Shown here: positions 1 through 10,389 of the stretch, one piece after another
Layout: each line of letters begins with the position of its first letter
Numbering within the stretch: the first letter of the stretch is position 1
NCBI GenBank assembly: GCA_963674755.2
Contig: CAXXVS010000001.1
Coordinates: 1,088,001-1,152,000 of the forward strand
Length of the DNA stretch: 64,000 nt
Direction: 5' to 3'
Origin: Desulfobacterales bacterium
GTDB taxonomy: Bacteria; Desulfobacterota; Desulfobacteria; Desulfobacterales; UBA5852
Position numbers and translations under genes: made by a program
Notes under the pieces: model-generated
The model's database searches: none
What the model was told of the DNA's origin: nothing
What the model saw: the letters and a program-made list of their open reading frames with translations, nothing else

Positions 1-48
1 CCGCCGCCGGCCAGCGGGGTTGTGAACACGCCATTGCTTTGAGGTCAT
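1..48 (-). CDS. 5' end of a gene running off the window (MTSKQWRVHNPAGRRR...), possibly D-glycerate dehydrogenase/hydroxypyruvate reductase-like
   Basis: ATG at 48-46 with AAGGAG RBS upstream. Only 16 codons are visible, so the product is guessed from the W-x-V-H-N-P N-terminus. Confidence 0.35.
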   Translation of the reverse strand, partial: MTSKQWRVHNPAGRRR

Positions 49-227
49 GCGGGGCTCCTTAACGCTTGCCATACCATGATTTAGTCTGTGGGGAGGTAGG
101 CGTCTTGCTGATCCGTCATCCAATAGCCGGGGCGCTGGCGGCCGTCAATCAAATCTTGATCAATAGGGTCCCAGGTATTATATGCCCTTTTTTAACCTCG
201 TGATGGCATTTTTCGGAAGGATGCGCC

Positions 228-473
228 TTGGCCTACGAACTCCTCTATGGCTACTGCCACTGTTTTGGAAAAACAACCTACCGCAAGGGGGTCGTCGCTT
301 CGGAGAAGGAAGCGCGTCGCTGGGTGGCGGCGTCCCGCGAAGATTTGCGCCGGCCCGTGCCCCCCGGCAGCGACCCGGTCTGGACCTGTCCGGTGGCTGG
401 CTGTCCGGGGCATGTTCAGCGGCCCTGGTTCGCCTATCGCCTCGCGCCCGGCGGTGAGGATGCCCAACCATGA
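228..473 (+). CDS. small Cys-containing hypothetical protein (81 aa)
   Basis: TTG start after GGAAGG; CHC and CPVAGC motifs; stop overlaps next ATG (ATGA). Confidence 0.55.
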   Translation: MAYELLYGYCHCFGKTTYRKGVVASEKEARRWVAASREDLRRPVPPGSDPVWTCPVAGCPGHVQRPWFAYRLAPGGEDAQP

Positions 474-790
474 AACGCTTTTGGCCGGTCATGGGCGGGG
501 CGCTTCTGGCGGTGGTGCATTTCGCGGCCAGCCTGGCCATCGTACCGCTCACCCTCAAGATCGGGGCAACCCTGCCGGAGGGGCCGGCCAATTCGCTTTT
601 CTACAATGTGCTGGCCGGGGTGACCAAGGTGCTCTACTTCCCGATTATATCCCTGGCCCTCTATCCGCGCCACTGGTTTCCGGGGGACATGATCACCATC
701 CCCATCGCCTGCAACAGCCTGCTGTGGGGCATCGGGTTGATGGCCGCCATCGGGCTGGCACGGCGCATGCGACGGCGGGGCGGACATTAA
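470..790 (+). CDS. hypothetical membrane protein (3 predicted TM)
   Basis: Hydrophobic segments; RBS GAGGA; ATGA coupling to upstream ORF. Confidence 0.7.
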   Translation: MKRFWPVMGGALLAVVHFAASLAIVPLTLKIGATLPEGPANSLFYNVLAGVTKVLYFPIISLALYPRHWFPGDMITIPIACNSLLWGIGLMAAIGLARRMRRRGGH

Positions 791-871
791 CGGCCACGGC
801 CCGGGGGTTATTCCCGCCGGGGCGCCGGAGCCGCCCAGCGATTCTATTCATAAAGGAGCTAAGAGAATCCT

Positions 872-1222
872 ATGCTGCACCACATCGTCCTGATGAAGTT
901 CAAACCCGATATCAGTGAGGACCAGATCCACCACCTGGCGCAAATGCTCGACGCCCTGCCCGACAAGATCATCGAAATCCAGACCTACGAATTCGGCCGG
1001 GATATCGTCCACTCGGAGCGCTCCTACGACTTCGCCCTGGTGTCGGGGTTTGCCAACTTGGGAGCCATGCAGCGCTACCAGACCCATCCCGAGCACCAGA
1101 AGGTGGTGGCCCACATCCGCGACATCTGCGACGACATTCGGGCCGTGGACTTTACCACGGAATACGCAGCCCCCGATGGGCTGGCGGACCCTGATCCGTT
1201 TAAGGGCTTTAAAATGCCCTGA
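872..1222 (+). CDS. Dabb family (stress-responsive A/B barrel) protein
   Basis: MLHHIVLMKFK N-terminus, YQTHPEH motif, AVDF C-terminal motif; RBS AAGGAG. Confidence 0.85.
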   Translation: MLHHIVLMKFKPDISEDQIHHLAQMLDALPDKIIEIQTYEFGRDIVHSERSYDFALVSGFANLGAMQRYQTHPEHQKVVAHIRDICDDIRAVDFTTEYAAPDGLADPDPFKGFKMP

Positions 1223-1281
1223 ACAGCAGGATGGCGGTGGAACCCTATCCGATAGCACGTTCCCCCTGGGATGAGAGGAGA

Positions 1282-2190
1282 ATGAAAGCCATGCGTCAGC
1301 TCGTAGCCGCCGCCGTGCAGATGCGCTGCACGGCCGATCCGGAAGCCAACATCGCCAAGGCCGAGCGCTTCGTCCGCGAGGCTGCTGCCCAGGGCGCCCG
1401 TCTGATCCTTCTTCAGGAACTTTTCGAAACCCTCTATTTCTGCCAGCGCGAAAAGCCGGACTTCTATGACCTGGCCGCTCCCTTGGAAGAGAACCGGGCG
1501 GTGCGCCGCTTTGCCGCTCTGGCCCGGGAACTCGGTGTCGTCCTGCCCGTCAGCTTTTACGAGCGCAAGCATCAGGCCCATTACAACGCCGTGGCCGTAG
1601 TCGACGCCGACGGCAGCATCCTGGGGGTCTACCGCAAGACCCATATTCCGGACGGCCCGGGTTATGAAGAGAAATATTACTTCAATCCCGGCGACACCGG
1701 TTTCAAGGTGTGGGACACCCGGGCCGGCCGGATCGGGGTGGGCATCTGCTGGGACCAGTGGTTCCCGGAAACCGCCCGCAGCCTGGCCCTGATGGGGGCG
1801 GAAGTCCTGCTCTTTCCCACCGCCATCGGTTCCGAACCCCAGGATCCGGACTACGACAGCCGGGACCACTGGCAGCTGTGCATGCGGGGGCATGCCGCCG
1901 CCAACATGATGCCGGTGATTGCCGCCAACCGGGTCGGCACCGAACACATCGATGACGCCCGGCAAACCTTCTACGGGTCCTCTTTCATTACGGACCACAC
2001 GGGTCGGCTCCTGGCGGAAATGGACCGCACCGAGGAAGGCATTATCCAGGCTTCCCTGGACCTGGATGCCATGCGGCAGGCACGCCGCAGTTGGGGCGTT
2101 TTCCGCGACCGGCGCCCGAGTCTTTACGGGACCCTGTTGACGAGCGACGGCGTGATGCGGCGTGAAGCAGGCGGGCCCCACGGGCGGTGA
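1282..2190 (+). CDS. aguB: N-carbamoylputrescine amidase (carbon-nitrogen hydrolase family)
   Basis: LLQELF, YRKTHIPDGPGYEEKYYF, ICWDQWFPE, PTAIGSEP motifs (E-K-C triad); start moved to ATG after GAGAGGAG. Confidence 0.9.
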   Translation: MKAMRQLVAAAVQMRCTADPEANIAKAERFVREAAAQGARLILLQELFETLYFCQREKPDFYDLAAPLEENRAVRRFAALARELGVVLPVSFYERKHQAHYNAVAVVDADGSILGVYRKTHIPDGPGYEEKYYFNPGDTGFKVWDTRAGRIGVGICWDQWFPETARSLALMGAEVLLFPTAIGSEPQDPDYDSRDHWQLCMRGHAAANMMPVIAANRVGTEHIDDARQTFYGSSFITDHTGRLLAEMDRTEEGIIQASLDLDAMRQARRSWGVFRDRRPSLYGTLLTSDGVMRREAGGPHGR

Positions 2191-2517
2191 TTTCCGACGG
2201 CCGGATGCCCCCCATCAGGCCTCGCAGCCCGGCCGGCGGTTTCCGAAGCCCATCGCCGCCGCGTAAGGTGCGGCATGGCAGCGCTCCGATCATGGACACG
2301 GCACAGACATCCCACGATATAGAGACGACGCGGCCCCTGATAAGCCGGGGGTTCCTTGATGCGCGATGCTTGAGCCTCCGGGAAGAGGTGTGCTATGGTT
2401 AAAGTGCATCGATTTCAGCGGCATGGGCGTCTGGCCGGGTCGCGGCGGTTTCGCGGCATCCGGGCAGGCGGTTCCGTATTTCAACAGCAACCTGACAGCT
2501 GCAAAGGGACCCTCGTG

Positions 2518-4581
2518 ATGCCCTTCAACCATACGGCTTCCATTATTCGGATCACTGTCATTTTGACCTGCTTATGGCTGGCGGCTTGTGCGCCGCGCGG
2601 CATCAGCCCGCCGCCACCGGCTGCCGCGACGGATTCGGCCTTGCAGTTACAGGCGGAAGAGGCGTTTCAAAAAGGCCAATTGCACACCGCCCTGGACTAC
2701 TACCAGACCTTGGTCCAGAATTTTCCGGACAGCCCCCTGGTCCCCCTGGCCTTCCTGAAGATCGGCCGCATCCAGACCGCCCTGGCCGACGATCCCGCCG
2801 CCCTGGAGAGCTATCAGCAATTGATAAGCCGTTTCCCGGAGACGCCGGAGGCCATGGACGCCCGGATCGAGATGCTGGGGGCCCTGCAGCGGTTGGGCCG
2901 CAACCAGGAGATCATCGACACGGCCCCGGCCTTTGCCGATCAGGTGCAGGGTGATATCCAACAGTTTCGTCTCTACAGTATTCTGGGGGATGCGTATGGG
3001 GCCCTGTCCATGTGGGACCAGGCCGTCTTTTTCTATGACCTGGCCCTGTCGCTGGCGCCGCCCCTGCATCAGTCCGCCCTCAAGGAGAAGATTGCGGCGG
3101 CCGTGCCCCGGCTGCCGGAGGACCAGATCGACCTTCTGCTGGGCCAGGTGCAAACCGATGCGGTCGCGGGGTATCTTACGTTTCAACAGGCGGTCAACAT
3201 GGCCGGTCAATCCCATTACGACGACGCGGTCTGGCACCTGGAGACCTTTCTGGCCCGTTTTCCGACCCATGAAGACGCGCCCCACGCCCGGGAGCTGATC
3301 GCCCAACTGAAGGACAAGGTCGATTTCGATCGTTCGGCCCTGGGGTGCCTGCTGCCCCTCAGCGGACCCTATAAACTTTTCGGCGCCCGGGCCCTGGACG
3401 GCATTCAACTGGCGTTCAGCGAGGTGAACGCGGCCCACGAGGGAAGACCCCTGAAACTGGTGGTCAAGGATACGGGCTCCGATCCCAATCAGGCCGCCCG
3501 GGCCATGCAAGCCCTGGCCGATGCCAAGGTGGCGGCCGTGGTGGGCCCTATTGCCACGGCCGAGTCGGCCGCCGAGGTGGCCCAGATGAACCGCATTCCC
3601 ATCATGACCATTTCCCAGCGGGAAGGCGTGACCGATATCGGTGACAATGTTTTTCGCAATTTCATCACCCCCCGCATGCAGGCCGCCGCCCTGGCGTCCT
3701 ATGTGATGGACACCCTCGGTATGCACCGTTTGGCAATCCTCTATCCCAACGAGAATTACGGACGCACCTTCCGGGATGCCTTCTGGGATGAGGTCTACCA
3801 GCGGAAGGGCGAGATCGTGGCATTGGAAGCCTACGACCCCCAGAAGACGGATTTCGAGGCGGCCATCAAGAAGCTCGCGGGGCGCTACTATGAAACGCCG
3901 GCCGATCTGGCTTCCCTGCGGGAACCCCTGGATCTGTTAGGACCTTTGACGGCGCTGCCGGGCTACACCCCACCGGCCGAGGAGGCGGATCAGGAGAAGG
4001 CTCCGGGCAAGCGGTCCTCCCGGAAGGGGGACGATACACCACCGCCCATCGTGGACTTCGAAGCCCTGCTAGTGCCGGATTCCCCCAAAATGCTGGGGTT
4101 GGTGATCCCCCAGCTGGCCTACTATGACATCGTCAACGTCACTCTGCTGGGCACCAATCTGTGGTATGCGGACAAAGTGCTCAAAGAGACCGGTGAATAC
4201 GCCCAGGGAGCGGTATTGCCCATCGATTTTTTCCCGGACAGCCAATCCCCCCGGGTTCAACGGTTCAAAGCCGCCTTCGAAGCCGTCTATGGCCGCTCGC
4301 CGGGCTTTATCGAGGCCATCGCCTATGATAGCGCCATGATGATGCTGGACATCCTGCGCAACCCCGATGTGCGGTTGCGCGCCGCCATACGGCACGTCCT
4401 GCAGGAAGGGTGGAGCAGGGAAGGGGTGACCGGACGCATCGCTTTCGATGCCCATGGGGAACCCGTTAAGAATTTGGTGCTGTTGCAGATCCGCGGCAAT
4501 GCTTTCGTGGAAATCGATCCGTCCCAACCGCCTCCGGTGAAGAGCGAACCGGCGGGCGTACCGCCCACGCCGCCCCTCTGA
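2518..4581 (+). CDS. penicillin-binding protein activator LpoA-like lipoprotein (TPR + periplasmic binding fold)
   Basis: Lipobox LAAC; TPR-like helices (YQTLVQNFPDSPL); LLPLSG...GIQLA...VGP and AYD motifs of the PBP1 family. Confidence 0.8.
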   Translation: MPFNHTASIIRITVILTCLWLAACAPRGISPPPPAAATDSALQLQAEEAFQKGQLHTALDYYQTLVQNFPDSPLVPLAFLKIGRIQTALADDPAALESYQQLISRFPETPEAMDARIEMLGALQRLGRNQEIIDTAPAFADQVQGDIQQFRLYSILGDAYGALSMWDQAVFFYDLALSLAPPLHQSALKEKIAAAVPRLPEDQIDLLLGQVQTDAVAGYLTFQQAVNMAGQSHYDDAVWHLETFLARFPTHEDAPHARELIAQLKDKVDFDRSALGCLLPLSGPYKLFGARALDGIQLAFSEVNAAHEGRPLKLVVKDTGSDPNQAARAMQALADAKVAAVVGPIATAESAAEVAQMNRIPIMTISQREGVTDIGDNVFRNFITPRMQAAALASYVMDTLGMHRLAILYPNENYGRTFRDAFWDEVYQRKGEIVALEAYDPQKTDFEAAIKKLAGRYYETPADLASLREPLDLLGPLTALPGYTPPAEEADQEKAPGKRSSRKGDDTPPPIVDFEALLVPDSPKMLGLVIPQLAYYDIVNVTLLGTNLWYADKVLKETGEYAQGAVLPIDFFPDSQSPRVQRFKAAFEAVYGRSPGFIEAIAYDSAMMMLDILRNPDVRLRAAIRHVLQEGWSREGVTGRIAFDAHGEPVKNLVLLQIRGNAFVEIDPSQPPPVKSEPAGVPPTPPL

Positions 4582-4592
4582 CGTCTATTCGG

Positions 4593-4833
4593 TAGTGCCC
4601 ATCCAGAGATGGCATCTTTTGGCCCCTGGCCCGCCGCCGGTATACCATTTCACCTTTGGCGGACAAGCCGGCGTTCTCGCCTCCTGTCGGTCCTCGGCGT
4701 AGCCCGGGCTACGCCTGTGGGCGCCCGTCGGCAGCGGTTTGTTGAACAGCGATGTGTTAAAAGAATCAGACGTGAAATCCCGCGCTGTACGGCGGGACCA
4801 GGAACCAAAATCTACCATTTATGGATGGCACTA
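4593..4833. repeat. palindromic intergenic repeat family A, copy 1 (with internal insertions)
   Basis: Left arm TAGTGCCCATCCAGAGATGGCATCTTTTGG is an imperfect inverted repeat of right arm CCAAAATCTACCATTTATGGATGGCACTA; shares GGCGTTCTC and CGTAGC..GCTACG core with other copies. Confidence 0.85.
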
Positions 4834-6159
4834 GGTGGGATTTTTCAGGGAACCCTGGCCGGTGGCTTCCAGCACGGTGGACCAGAGTTTGCCCTTGGGA
4901 TCGACCTGTTTGCGCTGCACCGCCGAAACAGCCATGGGCACGTGGACAAAGTGGTTGTTCCAGTGGCCCACCAGCATGCGGGTTTTGCCGGCCATCCCGG
5001 CATGCACGGCATCGCGCCCCAGAAACCCGCAGAAGACACTGTCATTGGCATTGGCCTGCAGGCTGCGGATCATGTAGCTGGGATCGATGTATTTGAGATT
5101 GATTTCGATGCCCTTCTCCTGAAAATAAGCCTGAATCCGGGCTTTCAGAAAGAGCCCCACGTCGTGCAGCTTGACATTGCCGCTGGCATCCCGGGCGGTC
5201 TCCTCTTCGTGAAAGTAGCCCTGCAAAGCGCCTTCCGCCACCACGATCACGGCATGCCCCCGCTGCTTGAGACGCTCCTCGAGTTTGGTCAGCAGCCCGA
5301 AAGGCCCGTCCAGATCGATGGAAATTTCCGGAATCAGGACGAAATTGACATCCTGTTTAGCCAGGGTCGCCGTGGCGGCGATAAAGCCCGAATGGCGTCC
5401 CATGAGTTTGATCAGGCCGATCCCATTGGGATAGCCTGCGGCTTCGTTGTGGGCTCCGCGAATGGCCTGGGTGGCGACATCCACGGCGGTATCGAAGCCA
5501 AACGAGCGGGACACCATGTGGATGTCGTTGTCGATGGTTTTGGGGATGCCGATGACGCTGATTTTCAATCCGTTGGCGGCGATGGCGTCAGCGATGGCAC
5601 TGGCCGCTTTCAGGGTGCCGTCCCCGCCCACCATGAAGAGGATGCCGATGTTCATGCGGTCCAGGGTGTCCACGATGTCTTCGATGGGCTGGGGGCCCCG
5701 GGACGATCCCAGAATCGAGCCCCCCATGTCCTGGATATCCGCCACCATGTCGGGTGTCAGGTCGATCACATCGTGTCCGTAGCGGGGAATGAAACCCTGC
5801 AGGCCGTACTTGATGCCATAGATGTGACGCACGCCATAGCCGTAGTAAAGTTCCAGCACCACCGAGCGGAGGATGTCGTTCAGGCCGGGGCACAGGCCGC
5901 CGCAGGTCACGATGGCGCACCGCAGCTTGCTGGGATCGAAATAGATGCGGTGGCGGGGTCCGGCCATCTCAAACGATGGAACCGGCTGATTTTCCAGGCA
6001 CGAATTTTCCAGGTCGGGGGGGGTGACATCCACCAGCACCCGGTGGTGATCGTCAATGAAGTTGGTTTCCTCGTTGCCGTTTTTCCATCCCTGGATCGGG
6101 GTGGGGATCTTGGCGTCGCCAAGCACCGGAATGGTCGTGTCGATATGGCCGAAAAACAT
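4831..6159 (-). CDS. pfkA: ATP-dependent 6-phosphofructokinase
   Basis: TCGGLCPGLN, GSSRG, GGDGT (Gly at the ATP/PPi discriminating site), PKTIDND, MGR, YIDPSY motifs. Confidence 0.9.
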   Translation of the reverse strand: MFFGHIDTTIPVLGDAKIPTPIQGWKNGNEETNFIDDHHRVLVDVTPPDLENSCLENQPVPSFEMAGPRHRIYFDPSKLRCAIVTCGGLCPGLNDILRSVVLELYYGYGVRHIYGIKYGLQGFIPRYGHDVIDLTPDMVADIQDMGGSILGSSRGPQPIEDIVDTLDRMNIGILFMVGGDGTLKAASAIADAIAANGLKISVIGIPKTIDNDIHMVSRSFGFDTAVDVATQAIRGAHNEAAGYPNGIGLIKLMGRHSGFIAATATLAKQDVNFVLIPEISIDLDGPFGLLTKLEERLKQRGHAVIVVAEGALQGYFHEEETARDASGNVKLHDVGLFLKARIQAYFQEKGIEINLKYIDPSYMIRSLQANANDSVFCGFLGRDAVHAGMAGKTRMLVGHWNNHFVHVPMAVSAVQRKQVDPKGKLWSTVLEATGQGSLKNPT

Positions 6160-6420
6160 GATGCCCTCGTTCGTATAGGGTATGGATGGTGTGGTGCCGG
6201 CCGGGTGCCCCGCGTTCGGGGATCATACTGCCGGGGCACCTTACAATCGATAAAAGTGCACCTCAATTCCGCATTGTCAATATGCGCGCCGGCAAGCTGG
6301 TCCGGCCCGCCCGCAACCCGCCGCGATCGTGCCGCTAGAGGGTCAGCCCTCAAATGGCTAAAGGTTCGGCGCCCGCAACCGATAAGCGTTTTTATCCGGG
6401 ATGAACTTCCAAAAAAGGGG

Positions 6421-6449
6421 TTGACAAGCCCCGGTGAATCATTTAGGTT
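6421..6449 (+). promoter_or_regulatory. sigma70-like promoter
   Basis: TTGACA-17 nt-TAGGTT upstream of the PxxKW gene. Confidence 0.55.
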
Positions 6450-6538
6450 CCGGCGGCTTTAAAAGAGACTTGCATTAGGCCGGGTGCAGCATTGTCCCGG
6501 CCTTTCTGCATTAAAATTCCCCTAAGGAGGCGATACCC

Positions 6539-6817
6539 ATGCTTTGTACAACCGTTCGTAAAGATAAGGAATGCCCGTTCATGACCGCCAATGGTTGCTC
6601 TTACAACGGCGGCATCTGTCACGAAATCGTGGAAGCCTGTGACGGCTGCGGCCGTAAGGTTGAATTCGATGCCGGCTGGTTCTGCAGCGCCTGCCCCCAG
6701 CCTTCCACCAAATGGAAGGCCGGCCACTGCAATCTGGCCACCCATGTCAGCCGTGCGGCGGCCGACAACAAGCAGAAAATCAATCCTCTCAAAGCTTCCA
6801 AGCGCGCCCATCGCTAA
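6539..6817 (+). CDS. PxxKW family cysteine-rich protein
   Basis: Many Cys, C..PSTKW..G.CNLATH and C-terminal KINPLKASKR; RBS AAGGAGG. Confidence 0.85.
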   Translation: MLCTTVRKDKECPFMTANGCSYNGGICHEIVEACDGCGRKVEFDAGWFCSACPQPSTKWKAGHCNLATHVSRAAADNKQKINPLKASKRAHR

Positions 6818-6837
6818 AGGGCACGGTGCCTTGTCTT

Positions 6838-6871
6838 AAACCCCCGTTTGTTCGCAAACGGGGGTTTTTTT
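6838..6871. terminator. intrinsic terminator, probably bidirectional
   Basis: AAACCCCCGTTTG-TTCG-CAAACGGGGGTTTTTTT between convergent genes. Confidence 0.85.
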
Positions 6872-8147
6872 ATGCCAGCTGCCGGTCGATGGCCACGATC
6901 TGGGTGCCGATGGCCAGCACTTCCACCGCTATGCGCACGTCGTCCACCGCGGCAAAGGTGGGGGCAATCCGGATATTGCTGTCACGCGGATCGTTCTTCA
7001 ATGGATAGGTGGCACCGGCCGGCGTCAGTTTGACCCCGGCCTCGGCCGCCATCCGAACGACCCGGCGTGCGCATCCCGCTGGCGTGTCGAAGCTCACGAA
7101 ATAGCCGCCTTCCGGTCGGGTCCAGGTCGCAATATCCTTTCCGTCGAGTTCGCGTGCGAGGACGTCCTGGACGGCCTGGAAGCGGGGGGCTACGATGGCG
7201 GCATGCTTTTCCATGTGGCGGTGGATGCCGGACAGATCGCCAAAGAAACGGACGTGCCGCAGCTGGTTGAGCTTGTCCGGGCCGATGGTCTGGAAAAACA
7301 TGTGGGCCCGCACCCAGTCCATGTTGGCCGTACTGCCGGCGATCATGGCCAGGCCGGCGCCGGGAAATGTGATTTTAGAGGTCGAGCCGAACAAAAAGGG
7401 CCGCTCCGGGTTGCCTGCCGCCTTGCACGCGGCGAGGATGTTGCGTACACGGGGCGGGCCGCCACCGAAATGGTGAACGGCGTAGGCGTTGTCCCAGAAA
7501 ATCCGGAAATCGGCGGCCCGGGTGGTCATCCGCGCCAGGCGCTCGACGGTCGCATCCGCATAAACCGCGCCCGTGGGATTGCTGTAGACGGGCACGCACC
7601 AGATGCCTTTGACCGCCTCATCTTCCGCCGCCAGGGATTCCACCGCATCCATGTCCGGGCCGTCCCCGGTCATGGGCACGGGGATCATTTCGATCCCCAG
7701 ATGTTCGCAGATCGCGAAATGCCGGTCGTAGCCGGGGCTGGGGCAGATGAATTTCAGTGCGGGCTGACGCCCCCAGGGGGGATGGCCATTGCCGACACCG
7801 TGCACCATGGCCCGCAGGAAGGTGTCGTACATGAGATTGAGACTGCTGTTGCCGCCGATAATGATTTCTTCCGGGGTGACCCCCATGTAGTCGGCAAACA
7901 GGCGGCGGGCTTCCGGCAGACCGTCTATGCCGCCGTAATTGCGGCAATCGGTGCCCCCTGCCGAACGAAAGCTGCTCTCATCGAGGTTGCTGAGCAGTCC
8001 GTTGGATAGATCCAGCTGCTCCGCGGAAGGCTTGCCGCGGGTAATGTCCAAAGACAGGCGCCGCTCGCAAATGGCGTCGTAGCGGTTTTGCAATGCATCG
8101 CGTAGGCGGTGCAATTCTTCCGGCGCGAGGGCGCTGAATTCGGTCAT
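6870..8147 (-). CDS. PLP-dependent aminotransferase class I/II (aspartate aminotransferase-like)
   Basis: LDITRGKP, DCRNYGG, PGYDRHF, YSNPTG, WDNAY, STSKIT (PLP Lys), NIRIAPT; RBS AGGAGA. Confidence 0.88.
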   Translation of the reverse strand: MTEFSALAPEELHRLRDALQNRYDAICERRLSLDITRGKPSAEQLDLSNGLLSNLDESSFRSAGGTDCRNYGGIDGLPEARRLFADYMGVTPEEIIIGGNSSLNLMYDTFLRAMVHGVGNGHPPWGRQPALKFICPSPGYDRHFAICEHLGIEMIPVPMTGDGPDMDAVESLAAEDEAVKGIWCVPVYSNPTGAVYADATVERLARMTTRAADFRIFWDNAYAVHHFGGGPPRVRNILAACKAAGNPERPFLFGSTSKITFPGAGLAMIAGSTANMDWVRAHMFFQTIGPDKLNQLRHVRFFGDLSGIHRHMEKHAAIVAPRFQAVQDVLARELDGKDIATWTRPEGGYFVSFDTPAGCARRVVRMAAEAGVKLTPAGATYPLKNDPRDSNIRIAPTFAAVDDVRIAVEVLAIGTQIVAIDRQLA

Positions 8148-8350
8148 GGCCGGTTCTCCTCTGCAATCAATAGTGTTTTGGTTCGGCGTCGAGCGGTTTT
8201 GCCTTATAGCACCGCTCCACAGGGTCATCAAGAGCGGTTCATAGACGGAGTGTCAATTTTCCTTGCAATTCAACGGGCGAGCGTTTAGACAAAATGTCAC
8301 ACGTTGACCCAACGGCCGGTTGCGGCCGCCGGACTACGAAAAGCAGGCGC

Positions 8351-10177
8351 ATGTCCCCATCGTTATTCAGCCGGACCCCAAACTTGGATCCCTATTCCCT
8401 CTCTGCCTGGATCAGCCGGGCCGGGAAATACTCATTTTACTTCATCATCATCGGGCTCATTGCCGGGTTGGGATCGGTTGTCTTCCACTATCTGTGCCTG
8501 ATAGGCGTTCACTGGCTCATGGATTTCCTGGCCGGCTACGTCCCCCCTTCGCCGGCCGGCGAACATCACCTCTGGCCGCCCACCGGAAAACCCCTCAACC
8601 GCTATATCCTCCTCTTCCTGCCGGCCCTGGGCGGGATTTTCAGCGGCTGGATCGTCTACACCTTCGCCCCGGAGGCCGAAGGGCACGGGACTGACGCCGC
8701 CATCGACGCCTACCATCGTCATGACGGCTTTATGCGGGGACGGGTGCCGTTCGTCAAGACCATCGCATCCGCCATCACCCTGTCCACCGGCGGATCCGGG
8801 GGGCGTGAAGGACCAATTGCCCAGATCGGAGCCGGCTTCGGATCCTTTCTGGCCACGCGCCTGAAACTCTCTGTTCGGGAACGCCGCATCATGATGGCGG
8901 CCGGGATCAGCGCCGGGGTCGGCAGTATTTTCCGGGCCCCCATGGCCGGCGCGCTCTTCGCGGCGGAAGTTCTCTACCGGGATCCGGAATTCGAATCGGA
9001 GGTGATCATTCCGGCCGGCATATCATCGGTGGTGGCCTATTGCGTGTTCTGCCTGTTCTTCGGCTGGGGTGCCCTTTTTGAAACCCCGCCGTTTACCTTC
9101 GAGAACCCGCTGGAGCTGGGCCCCTATCTGGTCCTGGCCCTGGTACTGGTGGCCACCGGGGCTTTCTACGTCAAGTCTTTCTATGGGATCACGGCCTTTT
9201 TCAAGAAGATCAAGGTCCCCAACCACATCAAGCCCGCCATCGGCGGGTTGTGTACGGGCCTGATCGGGTTCTACTTCCCCCAGTGCCTGGCGTTCGGGTA
9301 TGGTTTCGCCCAGCAGGCCCTGCACAATGAGGCTACGGTCCCCTTTTTGCTGGCCCTGGCCATCGGGAAGGTCCTGACCACCTCTTTTTCTATCGGCTCC
9401 GGCGGCAGCGGCGGGGTTTTCGGGCCTTCGGTCGTGATCGGCGGTGCCATGGGCGGGGTCGTGGGGCGGATTTTCCATGACATCATGCCCGGGGTGGTAA
9501 CCGAACCGGGGGCCTTCGTCGTGGTGGGCATGGCCGGCTTTTTCACGGCCGTTTCCAACACGCCCATCTCGACGATCATATTCGTCAGCGAAATGACGGA
9601 TTCCTATCAGCTGCTACTGCCCTGTCTGCTGGTGTGCTCGGTGGCGTATCTGGCGTCCAAGCGCTGGACCATCTACGACAAACAAGCCCTCAATCGCATC
9701 GATTCGCCGGCCCACGCCGGCGAGTTTTTCGTGGATATCCTGCAGACTTTCAAGGTGAAGGACCTGATGCCGCGCGTCCGCAAGGTCAACCTGATCCCCG
9801 AGGACATGCATTTTGTGGATTTCAAGCGCTACTTCGCCAAGACCAAGCAGCATTACTTTCCTGTCATGGACCAGAACGGGCGGTTGAACGGCATTTTTTC
9901 CAGCACGGATATCCGCGGTGTTCTGTTCTCCCCGGAAATCGAGGACCTGGTGGTGATGAAGGACATCGCTACCAGCGACATCATTTTGACCACCCCGGAA
10001 GAAGATCTCAACATCGTCCTGCAGAAGTTTACCCGGAAGAACATCGACAGCCTGCCGGTGGTGGAGACGACGGATCATGGCATCCTGGTGGGCATGCTGA
10101 CCCGCCGCGAGGTGATTTCCTTTTACAACGAGCGTATTCAGGAGATCAAAGACGGCCATGCGGCTTCCGCGGTATAG
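8351..10177 (+). CDS. ClC chloride channel/antiporter with C-terminal CBS pair
   Basis: GHGTD, GREGP (gating Glu), GGVFGP motifs; CBS domains at C-terminus; start uncertain (8294 also possible). Confidence 0.9.
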   Translation: MSPSLFSRTPNLDPYSLSAWISRAGKYSFYFIIIGLIAGLGSVVFHYLCLIGVHWLMDFLAGYVPPSPAGEHHLWPPTGKPLNRYILLFLPALGGIFSGWIVYTFAPEAEGHGTDAAIDAYHRHDGFMRGRVPFVKTIASAITLSTGGSGGREGPIAQIGAGFGSFLATRLKLSVRERRIMMAAGISAGVGSIFRAPMAGALFAAEVLYRDPEFESEVIIPAGISSVVAYCVFCLFFGWGALFETPPFTFENPLELGPYLVLALVLVATGAFYVKSFYGITAFFKKIKVPNHIKPAIGGLCTGLIGFYFPQCLAFGYGFAQQALHNEATVPFLLALAIGKVLTTSFSIGSGGSGGVFGPSVVIGGAMGGVVGRIFHDIMPGVVTEPGAFVVVGMAGFFTAVSNTPISTIIFVSEMTDSYQLLLPCLLVCSVAYLASKRWTIYDKQALNRIDSPAHAGEFFVDILQTFKVKDLMPRVRKVNLIPEDMHFVDFKRYFAKTKQHYFPVMDQNGRLNGIFSSTDIRGVLFSPEIEDLVVMKDIATSDIILTTPEEDLNIVLQKFTRKNIDSLPVVETTDHGILVGMLTRREVISFYNERIQEIKDGHAASAV

Positions 10178-10389
10178 CCGGCTGTGGCGAAACGCCGCCT
10201 AAGAGCGAGATGCGGCCTGCAGCCTTTGCGAAACGGCCTACATTGGGGTTGCAGCGCTTTTCGCCTCGGCCGGTGCTTTGCCGTGCGGCCCAATTCTTGT
10301 TTACCCACAATCTGCTAGGGCCCAACCTTCCCGGCGTTTTTCCGCATCCTTTCTGGCGATGATCTCCACCCTGAACAGGGCCTCCCCGA

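Noticed and set aside
4609..6462. 617-aa plus-strand ORF
   Set aside because: Antisense shadow of pfk that begins inside a repeat element.
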